A stretch of 63,158 nt of DNA, the filler included. It is 4 parts of 4 records of this genome, joined end to end, with 100 filler letters (N's around TTAATTAATTAA, not from the genome) between each part and the next. Parts side by side here need not be neighbours in the genome. Positions count along the whole stretch, not along the records: positions 47,916 to 63,158 come from DRR378314_1798; 3 more parts are not named here. One strand, 5' to 3'. The notes under the pieces are model-generated. The model saw only the letters and a list, made by a program, of their open reading frames with translations. It was not told where the DNA came from and ran no database searches. Within the stretch, counting starts at the first letter, position 1, and every line of letters begins with the position of its first letter. Below, in pieces: positions 61,601 to 63,158 of this stretch. A program made the position numbers and the translations under genes.

Positions 61601-63158
61601 CCCCCCCCCAAAAAAATAATACTGGAGACCATGCACCCTCTCTGGACAGCCGGACGCGGGATATCTCCACCTGCAATCACATGCGACGTCAAGCTGTTTG
61701 AGTGCTGGGGAAATCGATTTGTAAGGTCGGGCACGGGTGCGCGCGTCGGAAAAGGAGCGACGGTGGCTCGACGCACAACCACCGAAGTGCCCGAACAGAG
61801 CACGACTGCCTCTCCGCACCTCGGTCAACAGGGCAAAACATATGGCAAGAATATGGCGAGCCCTTTGATGATGACCGTTCCGTTTTGCGAAAAACACTCG
61901 TAGTCCAAAAGGTGATGCGTACTAGCTCGGTGACGGCAATGCCTTCCGCGCACTGCATCACAGTCTTCCGTTGGCGCTCCGCAGTCGCAAAGCTGGGAAT
62001 GTGGCAGCATCCAGCTGTTACGCCTGGCGCAGTTGCTCGCCTCGTGGCCCTCGGCAAGCAGCACACCAGGCCTTCTTCTACACAAGGCTGGCCGCGAGAA
62101 ACGAATGTGCCACGTGTAATGTAATCGATGCTCGTTTATGCACTGATACGGTCCACGCCCGCGCTTGCAGCTGATGTTACGCGCCCTTGGACCTTGGCTT
62201 CGCACACCTTTGCCTCGCCTTCACTCCAGCTCGCTTGTGCGCGCACGGATTGGCTCGCCGTCCTGCACCTCTCCCACTTGCCTGCCGCGGCGCTAACATA
62301 CCGAGCGCGCTCGTCGACGCGCGACGCGGTGCTATCGGCACTACACGAGCCCCAAGCTCGAATAGAGCCCGTTCCAAGATATGAAAGCCACATTGTAACA
62401 ATCATCTATCCTCCGTATAGGGTAACGAAATCCTTTGACAAGCGAGCCTGCAAGAAAAGCGCGGGCCGCTTGCCGCATTCAGTGCTCCACGTCGACTTGC
62501 TGCGTCGCGCAGCCCTCAATGTCCCTGTGTGCTCCGGTCACCGTGACGGACCTCGCGGAAGCTTTTGCTGCTGCCAGGGGCGACAGGTTCGCATGTGCGC
62601 TGCTGCCCGTTCGGCACGACTCACCCTTTTCGCAACACAAGCCCTCGTTTCCTGTTCCCAATGGAAGAAACGAACTTTCCCGCGTCCAGACTTCCAACGG
62701 GCCGCACGATGAACGTGGGGCAGCAAGTGCGCTGAGGTGTGCCGAGTTGCGCTGATGCGTGTTTCAGCGCCAAAGCGCAGAGGGCGGCGTCATTCTGGAC
62801 AGGGACATCTCTTGCGCATTCAAAAACGACGCAACATATTACAGGGGCCCCTCTATTCAGCTGCAGTGGCGCTACAGATTCTAATAGGGTTGCAGGAGAG
62901 GTCAAAGCGAGCCGCAGCGCGCGTCCCGTGAAGTGGCACAGCCAAAGTTTTACTCACTTCCAGCGTTCGCTTGCGCCAGCGCACCGCGCCTCGCCCGTGG
63001 CACTCCAAGCAAAAGCAGCCGACCAAGGCCTCCTACTACAGAAGAAGACAGTGACCTTTTGACAACACTTGACGCAAGAATCGTAGAAATTTTCGAAAAA
63101 CCGATGGATCCAGCAGACCCGGAACACGACTATCCAGCCGAGTACCTGCGCTTCTATG

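Noticed and set aside
58800-63158. Numerous ORFs of 60-250 aa at the end of the window
   Set aside because: No recognisable domains or consistent exon chain found by eye; small exons cannot be excluded.

Overview
This window is not one genomic locus. It is four unrelated contigs joined by three identical 100-bp linkers (N44-TTAATTAATTAA-N44 at 20619-20718, 32753-32852 and 47816-47915). Contig A (1-20618) looks alphaproteobacterial (Rhodobacteraceae-like, possibly a plasmid or island). It carries a LysR gene and a tightly coupled 12-gene operon: class II aldolase, MocD-like di-iron membrane oxygenase, divergent PanB-like protein, Rieske ferredoxin, DmdA-like THF-dependent demethylase, CitE/HpcH-type lyase, animal-type SELENBP1/methanethiol oxidase, 2Fe-2S ferredoxin, CoA-binding protein, rhodanese, persulfide dioxygenase and FAD 2-hydroxyacid dehydrogenase. 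I infer this is an undescribed catabolic pathway for a methylated organosulfur compound. After it come Fic, DadA and IS debris, two tandem dimethylglycine/sarcosine-dehydrogenase-like genes with a divergent LysR, more IS debris and a truncated tyrosine recombinase. Contig B (20719-32752) is eukaryotic, with spliceosomal introns. It holds two divergent paralogous 7-TM proteins with the architecture of the insect gustatory/odorant receptor (7TMIC/GRL) superfamily, one needing a 798-nt intron to be complete, plus a 6-exon WAC-domain (Acf1/BAZ1-like) chromatin gene. Contig C (32853-47815) is Halomonas-like: uvrD with a LexA box, a HexR/RpiR regulator, an NSS transporter, DUF72 and an antABC-catBCA-dctPQM anthranilate/catechol cluster. 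Contig D (47916-63158) is eukaryotic: a partial dynamin-like GTPase and a spliced LRR-Roc-COR (ROCO) gene of about 1800 aa. All family and taxon assignments come from motif recognition by eye; no database search was run.
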